A program made the translations under genes and the position numbers. Under the pieces are notes generated by a model, which was given only the letters and a program-made list of their open reading frames with translations, did no database searches and had not been told where the DNA came from. This document shows positions 13,865-26,668 of a stretch of 64,000 bases of DNA, one piece after another. The stretch lies in the NCBI GenBank assembly GCA_030141605.1, contig JAQGDQ010000851.1, positions 23,359-87,358 on the forward strand, given 5' to 3'. Source of the stretch: Tubiluchus corallicola (lineage: Eukaryota; Animalia; Priapulida). How positions within the stretch are numbered: the stretch's first letter is position 1; the number at the start of each line of letters is the position of its first letter.

Positions 13865-14464
13865 TTAAACATGAAATGTAAATACTGTTAACTGTTACAG
13901 CCCTGCAAATAGAGGGCGCATGTGTATGTGTTTGTGTTTATATGCTCAAAATAAAGAGTTATAATAATAGAAGAATAAAACAAAACTATAATATCACAGC
14001 ATAACAAACACGACAACACTTTGTAAGATGTATATAGTGGGCCATAACAAAATCAAAACAAAAAACACAATATATCAAAATAAACGAATGCAACATATCA
14101 CAAAATTTAAAATAGGTTCTGATTACATGAATATTTAATTTAAGCCTGACTATGAGCAATTGCTGTTGCTGATAGATAATAGGCAATTCTTATGGTAGTA
14201 AATAATTATGAATATATCATTTCGTGTGAAAGGATACACATTATGCGTACTTTAATTTATATTTCTACTGTTAAAGTAGTCGAATACATGTTGACAAACA
14301 GAGTATGCAATCTCTCCTATTCGAAAACGATACATTCCTCACGCAAACGATACATGCAGTATTTCTGTACCGTGCTACAAAATTCCACACGAGGAGGACG
14401 CACAGTACCTGACGAAGAATTTTGCTGCGCGTCCAATGTGTGAAATGCGTCTAACTCGGTAGAT

Positions 14465-14896
14465 CAGTGGTTCCCAAACTTTCTCGGACCGTTACCCAAA
14501 TCGGGAAACCCGGTCGTGTCCATTACCCCCCACCTAGTACTACTTCTCCAACTCAAAAAGTAAACACAGGTATATGCCACAAGCAAGCAAAATTATTTAT
14601 GTTTGCTCGTGACATAAAGAAATTTCCAGGTGTTGTTGTTGTATTGTTGCCAAAACAAGAATTACAATTACTGAACCTGCTCATTACTGAGTGAGCAGGT
14701 TCATTCGAGCAATTATTACTTGAACAAACGAAATCAAGAAGAAATGAATGACAACAACAAAATCTCAGTTAGTGGGACGGATGAGCCTGTTTTTCGGACA
14801 GATTTAAAAATTTTCAGAGGGGTGCCCGTTACCCCCCCCCCCCCCCAAAAAAAACCATATTACCCCCGTAATTTACCCCTACTTTGGGAACCACTG
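14465..14896. mobile_element. hAT (Charlie-type) MITE
   Basis: TIR CAGTGGTTCCCAAA / TTTGGGAACCACTG; perfect 8-bp TSD CGGTAGAT (14457-14464 and 14897-14904). Confidence 0.93.
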
Positions 14897-15616
14897 CGGT
14901 AGATGAACAACACACCCGACAACATAAACTTAAGCATTTTGAGACGTCATCTCTGTACAGGGCCAAAACCACAAAATAGCAATTAGTACAAAAACAGGCA
15001 TAAAACTTGACTAACGCGGGTTCTAAAGATAGAGGCAGCGAATGTACTTGTTCAGTGTCATATAACAAGGCTTGTTGCAGAAAGAATACAAAATATAATC
15101 GGCATACAGCCGCAAGGGAGGAATTTAGCGATATTTTTCTATTCGCTGTTTAATTTTTTAATTTAAGCTATCATATAATGCGTACGCAAATCGGTTGTGA
15201 TTTAACGGGTATAAATGAGGCGGAGATACGGGACACGAGCACACCCGCATTAATCGTACACCGCCCGCATTGAAAACTACCCCTCCTGAACGCTTTGTGT
15301 CTATTGTCCGCGTCTGAATGCAATCTACCTTTCATGTTCTAGCTTCTTGCCTTATCACCTCACTGATTAAGTGTTTGTTGTGTGTTAGCTATAACTGCGC
15401 TTATAATCAGCTGCGTATGAAAACATTTGTTGTGTGATAATAGCGGTTAGTGCTCTTATCTGCTTGTGCATTGTGCTGCGAGCAACTTTAGGACCGCCTA
15501 TATGGTACAGGTAAACTAATTGACAGACACGCCAGGTGGTAAAATTCCTGCTGTCGGAGGTATTGAACTTGCTGCCTCGAAATGCGTGCAATTTTTAAAA
15601 AGGCAAAATAAAGATT

Positions 15617-15634
15617 ATACTGCTGCTACTACTA

Positions 15635-15672
<38 letters not shown>

Positions 15673-15682
15673 ACTGCTACTG

Positions 15683-15741
<59 letters not shown>

Positions 15742-15754
15742 GCTACTGCTACTG

Positions 15755-15786
<32 letters not shown>

Positions 15787-15823
15787 ACTGCTACTGCTAC
15801 TACTGCTACTGCTACTGCTACTG

Positions 15824-15894
<71 letters not shown>

Positions 15895-15979
15895 GCTGCC
15901 GCTGCCGCTGCCGCTGCCGCTGCCGCTACCGCTACCGCTACCACTACCACTACCACTACCACTACCACTACTACTACTA
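15617..15979. repeat. Compound trinucleotide microsatellite (CTA/CTG/CCG/CCA)n
   Basis: Direct reading. Confidence 0.97.
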
Positions 15980-16018
15980 GAGAAAAATTACTAAGTAGCC
16001 AGAGCTTGTAAATTTTAA

Positions 16019-16633
16019 AGGAAGAAAGGATGATTTTTCATACACTAACCCCATTTTCAAATCCGAAAAAGTATACATTTTAACATGATTAATACTGCAA
16101 AAGAGTTTCTGATAATTAAACAATAGATAAAAAATTTAATTAACGGCTGGCGAGCCCAACTGTTGATGACACCACAAACTAACATAACTTTTAACGGGAA
16201 AAAATATTCCACGAGCGTGTTGCACGTGCTTGAGGTAGCGAAAATTGAATCACAGTGCTACTGTAAAATATTCAGTGTGTTGTAATAAAACTAGGCAAGC
16301 TTTAAGATAAAAATTCAAATTTTAAATTTACCGCTGTGCTCACGCATGAGATGTCGAGCGTGTGCAGTTCGTCAGAAACTAGCACATCTGAACTGAGAGG
16401 TACAGCACCTGTTTTTGTGCAATGCGTTTCCGAAATACAGTCGCTAGTGGCCGTCTAACTAGCGAAAGGGGAAATACATGTAACGGCGAAGAACTATTGG
16501 CGCGAACGCGAAATTGTGTTTGTGTGGTAATTCTTTCACGTAAGTCGTTTTTGAAAAAATAGTATGTTTCCTTTCAATATTTTAAAGACTAGATTGTTTT
16601 GACCTACAGCTTATGATTGGGTCTGGTTTTGGT
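16019..16633 (+). mobile_element. TTAA-flanked MITE family B, full length
   Basis: ttaa|AGGAAGAAAGGATGATT ... GATTGGGTCTGGTTTTGGT|ttaa; partial copies at 22215, 24911, 29781, 38630, 53126. Confidence 0.88.
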
Positions 16634-17005
16634 TTAATCTAGGTAAAATTACTTTGGTGAAGTTTTTGCAAAAAATAGCATGTTTCCTTTCAATATTTTA
16701 AAGAGTAGATTGTTTTGACCTACAGCTTATGATTGGGCCTGGTTTTGGTTTAATCTAGGTAAAATTACTTTGGTGAAGTTTTTGCAAAAAATAGTGTTTC
16801 CTTTCAATATTTTAAAGAGTAGATTGTTTTGACCTACAGCTTATGATTGGGCCTGGTTTTGGTTTAATCTAGGTAAAATTGCTTTGGTGAAGTTTTTGCA
16901 AAAAATAGTGTGTTTCCTTTCAATATTTTAAAGAGTAGATTGTTTTGACCTACAGCTTATGATTGGGCCTGATTTTGGTTTAAATCTAGGTAAAATTACT
17001 TTGAA
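16545..17005. repeat. ~116-bp tandem repeat (4 copies) made of MITE B 3' end plus flank
   Basis: GTTTCCTTTCAATATTTTAAAG at 16566, 16682, 16796, 16912. Confidence 0.92.
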
Positions 17006-17187
17006 GTTTTTGAATTTTGAGAAACGGCTTGTGTACGATAGGCGTATGTAAGCAGCTAGCCTCTTTACGTCTCTCCCCACATTCATGTCTTTATTGTTGT
17101 GTAATTTATTTTTCAATGTAATAAATGAAATAAAATAAATTTCGAAAATTAATGGTTTCAGTATAATTCAGTTCATTCTATCTTTAA

Positions 17188-17838
17188 AGGAAAGGTCAAC
17201 CCTTCTGGGAAGCTAGGCTTATATCCATGTTCGAAGAAAGAATGCTAACATTCATTTTAAAGTAAAGGTTAAGCCTTTTTTAGGTTAGGCTTACTTCAGT
17301 GTTCACAAAAAATGTTAGAAGGATTTAGTAACAAAAGCGCAATAAGCGCCTCGTGTAATTAGTAAAATCACTTTAAAGTCGAGATCATCTTACGCTTGTG
17401 CGCTCCAATTTTCAACGTCAATTTTCCACCAGTGACGTCATTCGTCGGTTCATAGAAAGGTAGCCCACTGTCAACTTCCACCAAAAGTGAGCATGGAAGG
17501 TATAAAAAGTTTTTAGATATAAAATAGTTTTTTTTAAAAATTATATCGTATTTTTGCATAAAAATTAATTAAGCTGCAGAAGCTCGACTTAGTTAAACTA
17601 GCGTGCACTTACGAAGGGTCATAAACTCCACCAGTTACGTCATAATTTGCAAGTGAATGGCGGGCACCACCGGGTCTGAAAATTCTATACAGCACTTACT
17701 GTAGTATGAATTAACTTTATGTTTTATAGACAGTTTTGTTGCAAATATGTTTGTTTTCTTCTACGTTTTCTATATTTTTCTGAGTTTAAGTGATAATAGT
17801 AAAATGCACCCAACATGCTAAGTAGGCTATCCTTTGCT
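17188..17838 (+). mobile_element. TTAA-flanked MITE family C
   Basis: ttaa|AGGAAAGGTCAACCC ... GGCTATCCTTTGCT|ttaa; left end internally duplicated at ~17260. Confidence 0.82.
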
Positions 17839-17844
17839 TTAAGT

Positions 17845-17845
17845 G

Positions 17846-17919
<74 letters not shown>

Positions 17920-17979
17920 TATTACTATTACTATTATTATTATTACTATTACTATTATTATTATTATTATTATTATTAC

Positions 17980-18010
<31 letters not shown>

Positions 18011-18300
18011 TACTTTTTAAAAACTATGTACAAAATACCTTCCCCCTATTTGTAGGGTATGTTTACATATCTAAAAACATTTACAAAGTATTAAACATAT
18101 TCACATGTATATAATTTAGTATCCAACGCATGAGACAATGAACGACAACGATGTACATACATAATAAAAGATAACGAACATATTTTAATACTTGGTAACA
18201 AAATCTTTGTGGATAATAATAAACATAATTACCAATGCATTTACACATGATCATAAATAAAAACAAAAGAGCATATAGAAAACACGACGAGAGTTGTAAA
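17845..18300 (-). mobile_element. LINE 3' UTR with (TAA)n tail
   Basis: CCCCCTATTTGTAGGG at ~18042 is the reverse complement of the hairpin in the 3' UTR of the 39358-40436 LINE; (TTA)n at 17845-18012 is the tail; 5' boundary uncertain. Confidence 0.6.
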
Positions 18301-18431
18301 ATTTCATTGGATGACTTTTGAACAGATTTCGGTTGAAACTACTCTCAACAGCTGCCGTCCTCTTTATGCAACTGAAAAAATATGTATCTTTATGATGCTG
18401 AGGAAATTCACAAGAAATTAGTATGAAGCGT

Positions 18432-19252
18432 ATTAGGATTAGGATTAGGGTTAGGGTTGGAGTTAGGATTAGGGTTAGGGTTAGGGTTGGAGTTAGGATT
18501 AGGGTTAGTGTTAGGGTTAGGGTTGGAGTTAGGATTAGGGTTAGTGTTAGGGTTAGGGTTGGAGTTAGGATTAGGGTTAGTGTTAGGGTTAGGGTTGGAG
18601 TTAGGATTAGGGTTAGTGTTAGGGTTAGGGTTGGAGTTAGGATTAGGGTTAGTGTTAGGGTTAGGGTTGGAGTTAGGATTAGGGTTAGTGTTAGGGTTAG
18701 GGTTGGAGTTAGGATTAGGGTTAGGGTTGGAGTTAAGATTAGGGGTTGGAGTTAGGATTAGGGTTAGGGTTAGGATTGGAGTTAGGATTAGTGTTAGGGT
18801 TGGAGTTAGGATTAGGGGGTTGGAGTTAGGATTAGGGTTAGGGTTGGAGTTAGGATTAGGGTTAGGGTTGGAGTTAGGATTAGGGTTAGTGTTAGGGTTA
18901 GGGTTGGAGTTAGGATTAGGGTTAAGGTTGGAGTTAAGATTAGGGGTTGGAGTTAGGATTAGGGTTAGGGTTAGGATTGGAGTTAGGATTAGTGTTAGGG
19001 TTGGAGTTAGGATTAGTGTTAGGGTTGGAGTTAGGATTAGGGTTAGGGTTGGAGTTAAGATTAGGGGTTGGAGTTAGGATTAGGGTTAAGATTAGGGATT
19101 GGAGTTAGGATTAGTGTTAGGGTTGGAGTTAGGATTAGGGGTTGGAGTTAGGATTAGGGTTAGGGTTGGAGTTAGGATTAGGGTTAGGGTTGGAGTTAGG
19201 ATTAAGGTTAGGGTTAGGATTATTATTAGGATTAGGATTAGGGTTACGGTTA
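18432..19252 (+). repeat. Interstitial telomere-like array of TTAGGG variants
   Basis: TTAGGG/TTGGAG/TTAGGA/TTAGTG hexamers, partly in a 36-bp higher-order unit. Confidence 0.92.
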
Positions 19253-19580
19253 GAGACTATTTATATACGGGCGAAAGACTATAAGAATTCATGATAAGAG
19301 CAAAATGAAAGCTGCAGAAATAATTCTTGCTGGCTGCCTAACCACCTCCTGCTAGCAAATGGTTTCGCCCGTCGTTGCTAAATATAGACTTGGCAGCTTT
19401 CGACAATTAGCTAAGCGCACACTCGGCAAAAATGTAAAAACAAAAACAAAAAAAAACGGAGGGAAGACAAAACGGTTTTCAATTCACTCATCACAGGTTT
19501 TTATTAAAATGTGGAACTTTTCAAGATGAGGAGGCTGCAATGGCTGGAAAACCGAAATCACGCTGTTATAAGATTCTTAA

Positions 19581-19779
19581 AAGAAAACCGGACGATTGTT
19601 TAGACTCGATCTCATTTTAATTTACTGTCCGAAAATATACATTTTCTTGCCTATAAATGTTAGCAAATGTTCCTTGTATTTGAATAATTAGCTTAGAAAG
19701 TTAATTAACGGCAACCGAACACAGTATTTTAAAGAGTAGATTGTTTTGACCTACAGTTTAGATTGGGTCCATTTTTGCT
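19581..19779. mobile_element. Chimeric mini-MITE (family D end joined to family B end)
   Basis: 19581-19722 is the reverse complement of the D right end; 19722-19779 is the B 3' end; TTAA on both sides. Confidence 0.75.
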
Positions 19780-19804
19780 TTAAACAATAAACATGCATCT
19801 TCAC

Positions 19805-20345
19805 TATATATATATATACACATATATAGACATACATATATATACACATATATATAGATATATATACACATATATATAGATATATATACACATATATATA
19901 CATATATACATACACATATATACACATATATATACACATATATATACACATATATATACATATATGTAATATAATATGATATGGTATAATATGATATGGT
20001 GTGGTATGATATGATATGATATGATATAATGTAGTGTAATGTAATGTAATGTAACGTAATGTAATGTAATACAATACAATACAATACAATACAATACAAT
20101 GCAATGCAATATAATACAGTACAATACAATACAATACAATACAATACAACAAACAATACAATACAATACAATACAATACAATACAATACAATACAATACA
20201 ATACAATACAATACAATACAATACAATACAATACAATACAATACAATACAATACAATACAATACAATACAATACAATACAATACAATACAATACAATACA
20301 ATACAATACAATACAATACAATACAATACAATATAATATATATAA
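19805..20345. repeat. Compound microsatellite (TA/CA), (ATATG), (GTAAT), (ATACA)n
   Basis: Direct reading. Confidence 0.97.
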
Positions 20346-21227
20346 AGTGAACACTTCCGGTAACCATTATTTAAAACGTCTCGATTCAGTTACAAACATC
20401 TGTAAACAAGCAAATATTTTACAATTATTTACACAACTTAAATTTTCATCTCAAGTTGCATTTTTCAGCCTCTCTCTAGCGAAATTAGCGCCTAATTTGC
20501 ATGAGATTAAGAGATTAAGCTACGGATTTGCGCTGTGGTAGCAAAAATACGTTTAACAACCCGAATACCTGGCTACTAAAGCCCCGGAGGGCTTAGAAAA
20601 CCCTGCCGTGACAACTCATTCTAATCACGCTTTAATGCGCGCCGGTAATTGTGAGATTCTTTAGCCGCAGTAGTGAGATTCTTTGCTGTCGTCATGAGCC
20701 GACGCTGGTTATTAATGGCTGTTATTAATGATTGTTATTGTTATTCTTGGCATATTGTAGCACTGCAGTCTTGAACATGGTTTTCTACTCTCTGGGTTTT
20801 TTCACAGTCATTAAACTATGCGTTGGGTGTTAATGAACGGGCGATAAATAATGCCTTTGATGCGTTTAACCCTTGCTGATGATGTGTACTGCGCATGCGC
20901 GCGCCCTACCTGTGTAAATAATTGCGTATTTCTGGTTTTTAATAATAGCTCTATGAACAGAAAACGCTAGAAACAACAATAAGTGTCATAAGTTTATTGC
21001 TGAATTTTGTTTGTTTGTTTGCGGGCTTGTTTGTTTGTTCATTCGTTGGTTTGCTCATTCATCTGTTGGTTCGCTTACCTGTTTGATCACTTGTTTTATC
21101 AATGTGCGTTCGCTTGTTTGACTGGTCGGTTAGTGGTATTTTGTTGTTTGGTCATTTCTTTTGTATTTATTTACATATTTGTGCACCTGCTTGTTTGTTT
21201 GCTTGCTTGTTTGTTTGTTTAAACATT

Positions 21228-21530
21228 CACGTGATGTGATATCTAAAGCAAAGCCGTCTGCCGCATCAGTTCAGTGATGTCAGTTGTTTTACACGGACTG
21301 TACTTAATTATGCATTAGTCTGTGCATAGAGTGATTTACTAGCAGAATCTTGTTTGGGAACAAGAAAAAATGAAGTAGGTAAGGTTCTAGCTAGCTGTTA
21401 AAACTGTTACTATTACAATAGCATGGGCTGCGAGGCGTTGTCAAGTGCACGCAAATGCGTTGTCTGATACATCTAACCTTTGACCTTTTCACGATCAACA
21501 TCACGCTGTAACTGTTAGAAGCCTAATTGG
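21228..21530 (+). repeat. Dispersed repeat, second copy at 45089-45270
   Basis: GCAAAGCCGTCTG..GCATCAGTTCAGT, TTAGTCTGTGC.TAGAGTGATTT and TAACCTTTGACCTTTTCAC blocks shared by both copies. Confidence 0.8.
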
Positions 21531-21792
21531 TCAAGGTTCGTGTATTTACAACGCGTTTTCTGGTCACGTGACAAGATCTGCACGTTTTCTCTTGAGTATC
21601 ACGTGACTAGAGGCTTGTGCTAATTCTCCCCGGGACTGATATCACATTTTGCCGGTTATTAAACGATGAAAGATGCGAACGTGAATCGCATTTGATTTGG
21701 GCGCCCTGCGATGGTATGAATCATGACAGGTTATATTGATTGGCAGTCATCGATCTCGGACGTTTGGAAACTTGAGAGAACGATGTTAGATG

Positions 21793-22022
21793 AAGATGCA
21801 CCTAGGGTTGCCACCAAGATGCACCTAGGGTTGCCACCAAGATGTACCTAGGGTTGCCACCAAGATGTACCTAGGGTTGCCACCAAGATGCACCTAGGGT
21901 TGCCGCCAAGATGCACCTAGGGTTGCCACCAATATGCACCTAGGGTTGCCACCAAGCTGCACCTAGGGTTGCCACCAAGATGCACCTAGGGTTGCCACCA
22001 AGATGCACCTAGGGTTGCCACC
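21793..22022. repeat. 23-bp minisatellite (10 copies) containing a hAT-like terminus
   Basis: Unit AAGATGCACCTAGGGTTGCCACC. Confidence 0.95.
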
Positions 22023-22214
22023 ACGCCTTATTTAGCCCGAAGTCATTCAGCCATAGATTAGTACTTCGGGTCGGATTTTTGGAAAATTCTGAAATCTCCT
22101 GATTTCGGCCATTACATTGAAATTTAAGCGGAAATACAAGTTGAATGCTATTGAAACTTTGCAAAAGATTAAGAGAAGAATAGCTCTGTTAATTAAGGCA
22201 ACAGTAAGCTTAGT

Positions 22215-22607
22215 AAAGGAAAACAGGATGATTTTTTCCCTTACTATCCCATTTTCAAATCCGATAAAAAGCATGCATTTCAGCACGATTGATACTGCAA
22301 AAGCATTTCTGATAATTAAATAATAGATTAAAAACTTAATTAACAGCGGGTGAGCCCAACTATTGATGACATCACAAACTAACATAATTTTCAACAGCAA
22401 AAATTCCACGAACGTGTAGCACGTGTTAGCGAAAGCGATAATTGAAGTACAGTGGTACTGTGAGATATTCAGTGTGTTGTAGTAAAACTAGGCAAGTTCT
22501 GAGATAAAAATTCAAATTTCAAATTTACCGCTGTGCTCACGTATGAGCTGTCGAACGTGCGTAGTGCGTCACAAACTAACACATCTGAACTGAGAGGTAC
22601 AGCACCT
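22215..22607 (+). mobile_element. MITE family B 5' part
   Basis: Colinear with 16019-16410. Confidence 0.82.
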
Positions 22608-23260
22608 GACTGCTTTAAAATACCCGTTATCAAAAAATTGGTCCTCGTATGTCGTGAACTGATTCACGAGTTTGTTCATGAACTTGATAAACTTTAGCAA
22701 CATTACAACTTTACAGCAAGTTAGACTACAGTGAATCATTTTCTCACCTGACTGGTTTCTGATATGCATTACCCAAGGTTAACCAGTTTCAACGGATTTG
22801 AGCTGTTACAGGTTTTAATCTAGTAGTCACAACGTAGTGTACGAAAAAGGCAGTCAATAATAAAGTGTTTGTGCCCCTAAAGGAGTTTGGTTTATGTTGC
22901 TACATATATTCACTGTGCCTTTTTGCAGAAGTTGTGTTTTTTGCACGCCATTTTCTCGACTTCGCAGTATAGTTGTGCGCAGTACTACTAATTCTCAAAA
23001 TGCTGATGCGGCATTTAGTTTCAAAAACAACCCTCAGCGTGGATCTATTGCATTTTCACTTTGATCAAATATTATGAATTCAGAAGGCGCTTATGAAATG
23101 TTTACGTTTTTAAACTGGTCTTAATGTGTGTTACTATACCTGGTTTCAATTTCCGCTCGCTTGGTTACTCGGAATGCAACCATTCCCTTATTATTTTAAT
23201 TTGCTCAAAAGTGAACGGGCGCTTCCTGTGGTAAAGGTACTCGGAAACGGTGACGCTTAA

Positions 23261-23911
23261 AGGACAAGAAAAGGGGGTACTTGAAGTACCTTTCACAAAA
23301 ATCGCCTTAAAAATTATATTAATTTACAGCATTTTTATGCGTATATCGTACTCGGGTTAAAAGGAATTTATGTTTTGTTTTCATTTTAAATCTATCTCAG
23401 TGCTGTTCCAACATTACATGACGTCATATACGCACAACGTAAATCGGAGGAAGAAAAGGAAATGTTAAATTATGTCTCAAAAAACTTTCCATGCAAAGTT
23501 ATATTACTTAGTATTTCGGTTACCTGCTTAAAAGACTTAGGTAACTAGAAAAGAAAATTATTAATTATTTAGAATGTTGATCGATTCACCTCCAGGGTGC
23601 GCCACTCACTAACCAAAAAACGTATTTTTAATCTTATTGACAATTATTGACATAATTTAAAATTTTGCTTAGTGACGTGTGTGCGATGCGCTGGTTATCT
23701 TTCAAACTTTACTCGGTGTGTCAAAATTGTTCCAAATGACTTAACATCAAAATGGCTGCTTCTAACGGCCATCGCGGGCGCTTAAATTTTCAGGTTTTAT
23801 ACAGCGTTACTGCCGACGCAAACCACGTATGCAGAGAGGCAGTACGTAATTGGTATCAGATTTCAAGACGAATTTTTTCAGTTTTATGTCAGTGCAGGGT
23901 TTTCTTGTGCT
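23261..23911 (+). mobile_element. MITE family A, full length
   Basis: ttaa|AGGACAAGAAAAGGGG ... GGGTTTTCTTGTGCT|ttaa; TIR AGGACAAGAAAA / TTTTCTTGTGCT. Confidence 0.9.
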
Positions 23912-24142
23912 TTAAAGAAGCCAAGATTCGGGTGTACTTTTGTGTACGTGACAGTTGTCATGCCTTTCCTCCCATATCATTGCAAATCACCATAACTTGG
24001 TTTCTACCTGCTGGTAGCTGTCTTGTTCCACTGACATTTTCTTAGCGGATATATATTATTACTCTTACTGTGAGCCAGCGAGTGCTGAAAGATAATTATA
24101 AGTGTATTAAAATTATATTGATTGGATGAGAATATAGGTCAG

Positions 24143-24770
24143 TGTAATGACGGAAGAGATTATTAGACTAGACTAGCTCTCTGTGACGTCTGTGACGTCA
24201 GTCTGGAACACAAGAACTACCGAACAGACGGAAGAGATTATTAGACTAGACTAGCTCTCTGTGACGTCTGTGACGTCAGTCTGGAATACAAGAACTACCG
24301 AACAGCATTGCAACCCCTTCTAATATAGTTGAACTGTATTCTAGTATGATTTTGTGTATATCCTATACTTAGGCTGCATTAATAGCTTAATTTAGTTAAT
24401 TGCTTATGTTAATTGAGCGTGTCATTAGTTAATTACTCATTAAGCGAATTTATCTACTACAATACAGCAAGTTGTGGCTGTAAATATTTGAGCATGCAGC
24501 TAGTTAGCTCTGGGAAGGGACCCACCTCATACCTGTCCTAGATCTCATTTACAAGAAAGTAAGTGATTGGTCATACGCTCAACTGAACAGGCTATCTAGC
24601 CAATAAATCGTCGTGTTAAAGGACAAGGTCATCCAGTTTTACCTGTTCTAGAAATTGAAACCAGTTTCAACACAGTGTGTCGAACGTGCTAAGCCAGTGA
24701 AGTCGTCGAATATGGCCTCCGACGAACATTTATTAACAATCGAAGTCAATACTTAATTACTGTGGCGACA
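24143..24770 (+). mobile_element. Possible LTR remnant with 78-bp internal tandem duplication
   Basis: Starts TGTAAT; duplication 24149-24306; AATAAA at 24602; ends ATTACTG followed by PBS-like TGGCGACA; no TSD found. Confidence 0.3.
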
Positions 24771-24910
24771 GAAAGTGATTAAAGCGCACTAGGCTTTAAG
24801 ATAAAAATTACAAGCTAGTATTTCGTATGTACTACGGTGTTTTGTCTATGTAATTTGTTTTGTTAATTATTAGTTTACGCAATTACTAAGTAATTATATA
24901 TAAACTTTAT

Positions 24911-25275
24911 CAGTGTGTTGTATTAAACTATGCAAGTTTTAAGATAAAAATTCAAATTTCAAATTTAATGCTGCACCCACGCATTAGCTGTTGAATGTGT
25001 GCAGTTCGTCACAAACTTACACATCTGAGCTGATAGGTACAGTACCTGTTTTTTGTGCAAGCCGTTTCCGAAATGCAGGCCCTAGTGCCCGTCTAACTAA
25101 CGAATGGCGACGTGCATGTAACAGCGAAGAATTAGTGGCGCGAACGTGAAATTGTGTTTGTGTGATAATAATTCTTTCACGTAAGTCATTTTTGAAAAAC
25201 AGTGTGTTTCCTTTCAATATTTTAAAGTGTGTAGATTGTTTTGACCTGCAGTTTCAGATTGCGTCTGGTTTTGCT
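24911..25275 (+). mobile_element. MITE family B 3' part (extra terminal fragment at 25515-25600)
   Basis: Colinear with 16270-16633; ends GGTTTTGCT|ttaa. Confidence 0.82.
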
Positions 25276-25622
25276 TTAAGTTCAGCAAGTCTAGGATAAT
25301 GGATGAGTTATTTGTATTATAAAACAAACTTGCTAAATGAACATACAGACACCAGTAAGCTGAGACCCAAGGAAACACAGACAACCTGCCCTTTTTTTAG
25401 TAACTACATAGTTAGTCTAATATAACATCTCCTTGACTGTATAAGTTAAGATTGTATTTCTTGCTCTCTATCTCACTGTCTGCATGAGTTCTAGTTGTAT
25501 GTAATTTTCCATTTTTGAAAAAAAAATGTATGTTTCCTTTCAATATTTTAAAGAGTAGATTGTTTTGACCTACAGTTTATGATCGAGTCCGTTTTCGCTT
25601 TTCAGTATCTTACCTGTGTTAC

Positions 25623-25867
25623 CTGAGCTTGGCTGACACCTGACTGACCTTTGGTTTTTCTTGCCGTGTTTTCAGTTCTTTTATCTTTGTCTCAAAATAT
25701 GCTGACAGAGCGTTTTTGCGGTCCTCCGTGAGAAAGAGTTCAAGTTCGGTTGTTTCGGCTTGAACTTTTCTTGCTGCACAGTCAGTTGTTTTTGCCACTA
25801 ATGAGTTGTTTATTTTAGTAATTTTCCTGTTTAGAAGTTCAAGGAAGTCCACCTGGACCAGACGTAT
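25623..25867 (-). CDS. Candidate isolated exon or retroelement ORF fragment (helical, charged)
   Basis: IRLVQVDFLELLNRKITKINNSLVAKTTDCAARKVQAETTELELFLTEDRKNALSAYFETKIKELKTRQEKPK; bounded by tattag| and AG|gtaac on the minus strand. Confidence 0.3.
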
Positions 25868-26456
25868 CTAATAGCGAAAATTTAAGCTTTCCAAACGTAA
25901 AGGTTTTTTTTCTGTTAAATGCATGTGCCCTATATTAAAAATTACATAGCACGCGCGGGCGCCTTCAGTTGGATGTGTAGGCCTAATCTCCGTCTTTATT
26001 TTGCTTTCTTATCATTTAGTTTCATTAGTTTGTCTCCGTTTTCGAACGGGGCTAATGGAAGCGTCTAGTCATCTGGCGCCAGTGTTTTTAGATAGATGGG
26101 CAGGTTCTAACACGCATGCGACTTGATTTTTTACGAGTTTTGTGATGGCGACGACACGCCTTTACTACCACTGTGTCATTTCTAATATTTAGCGATACCT
26201 GCATGTCAATTTGTGCAAAAGGTACTGTGGCCTTTTCGGTGCTTTGCTGGTCTTTCTGGTGTCGTAATACGAGAAATTAGCACCACGTGATATCGTCATG
26301 TATTGTCAGTTTCTAAATTTCGTGAGTTTCGTGGGGTTTATAGCATAAATACAGATCTTGTAAGTACTGTTGGTGTTGTTGTTCTTCGTATATGTATGTA
26401 AATCAATGTAATTTAGCCGTATTGCTGAACAGTTATTATAACTATGATTTAAACAC

Positions 26457-26547
26457 TTACATTACATTACATTACATTACATTACATTACATTACATTAC
26501 ATTACATTACATTACATTACATTACATTACATTATTGTATTACATTA
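26457..26547. repeat. (ATTAC)n microsatellite
   Basis: Direct reading. Confidence 0.97.
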
Positions 26548-26559
26548 GCACTTTTAGCA

Positions 26560-26668
26560 GTGCGGGCCTATCATCTGTATGATTCAAACGAGAAGTGTTC
26601 TTGAAAGTTAAACAGCGCCGGCTCAACTCTACACCTGGATAGGTGACCACACCGTTGAGAAGTCCTTA
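26560..26668 (+). mobile_element. 5S rRNA-derived (SINE3-like) remnant
   Basis: AAGTTAAACAGCGCCGG...CCTGGATAGGTGACC resembles the 5S A box to C box (AAGCTAAGCAGGGTCGG...CTTGGATGGGAGACC). Confidence 0.5.

Noticed and set aside
14408-14452. CTGACGA...GAAATGCGTC hammerhead-like core
   Set aside because: Could not form convincing stems I and II by eye
15041-15057. AATGTACTTGTTCAGT resembling the ONT adapter start
   Set aside because: Short partial match in otherwise normal sequence; may be chance
15520-16011. Poly-Ala/Thr mucin- or antifreeze-like ORF
   Set aside because: Pure trinucleotide microsatellite without convincing splice or start context
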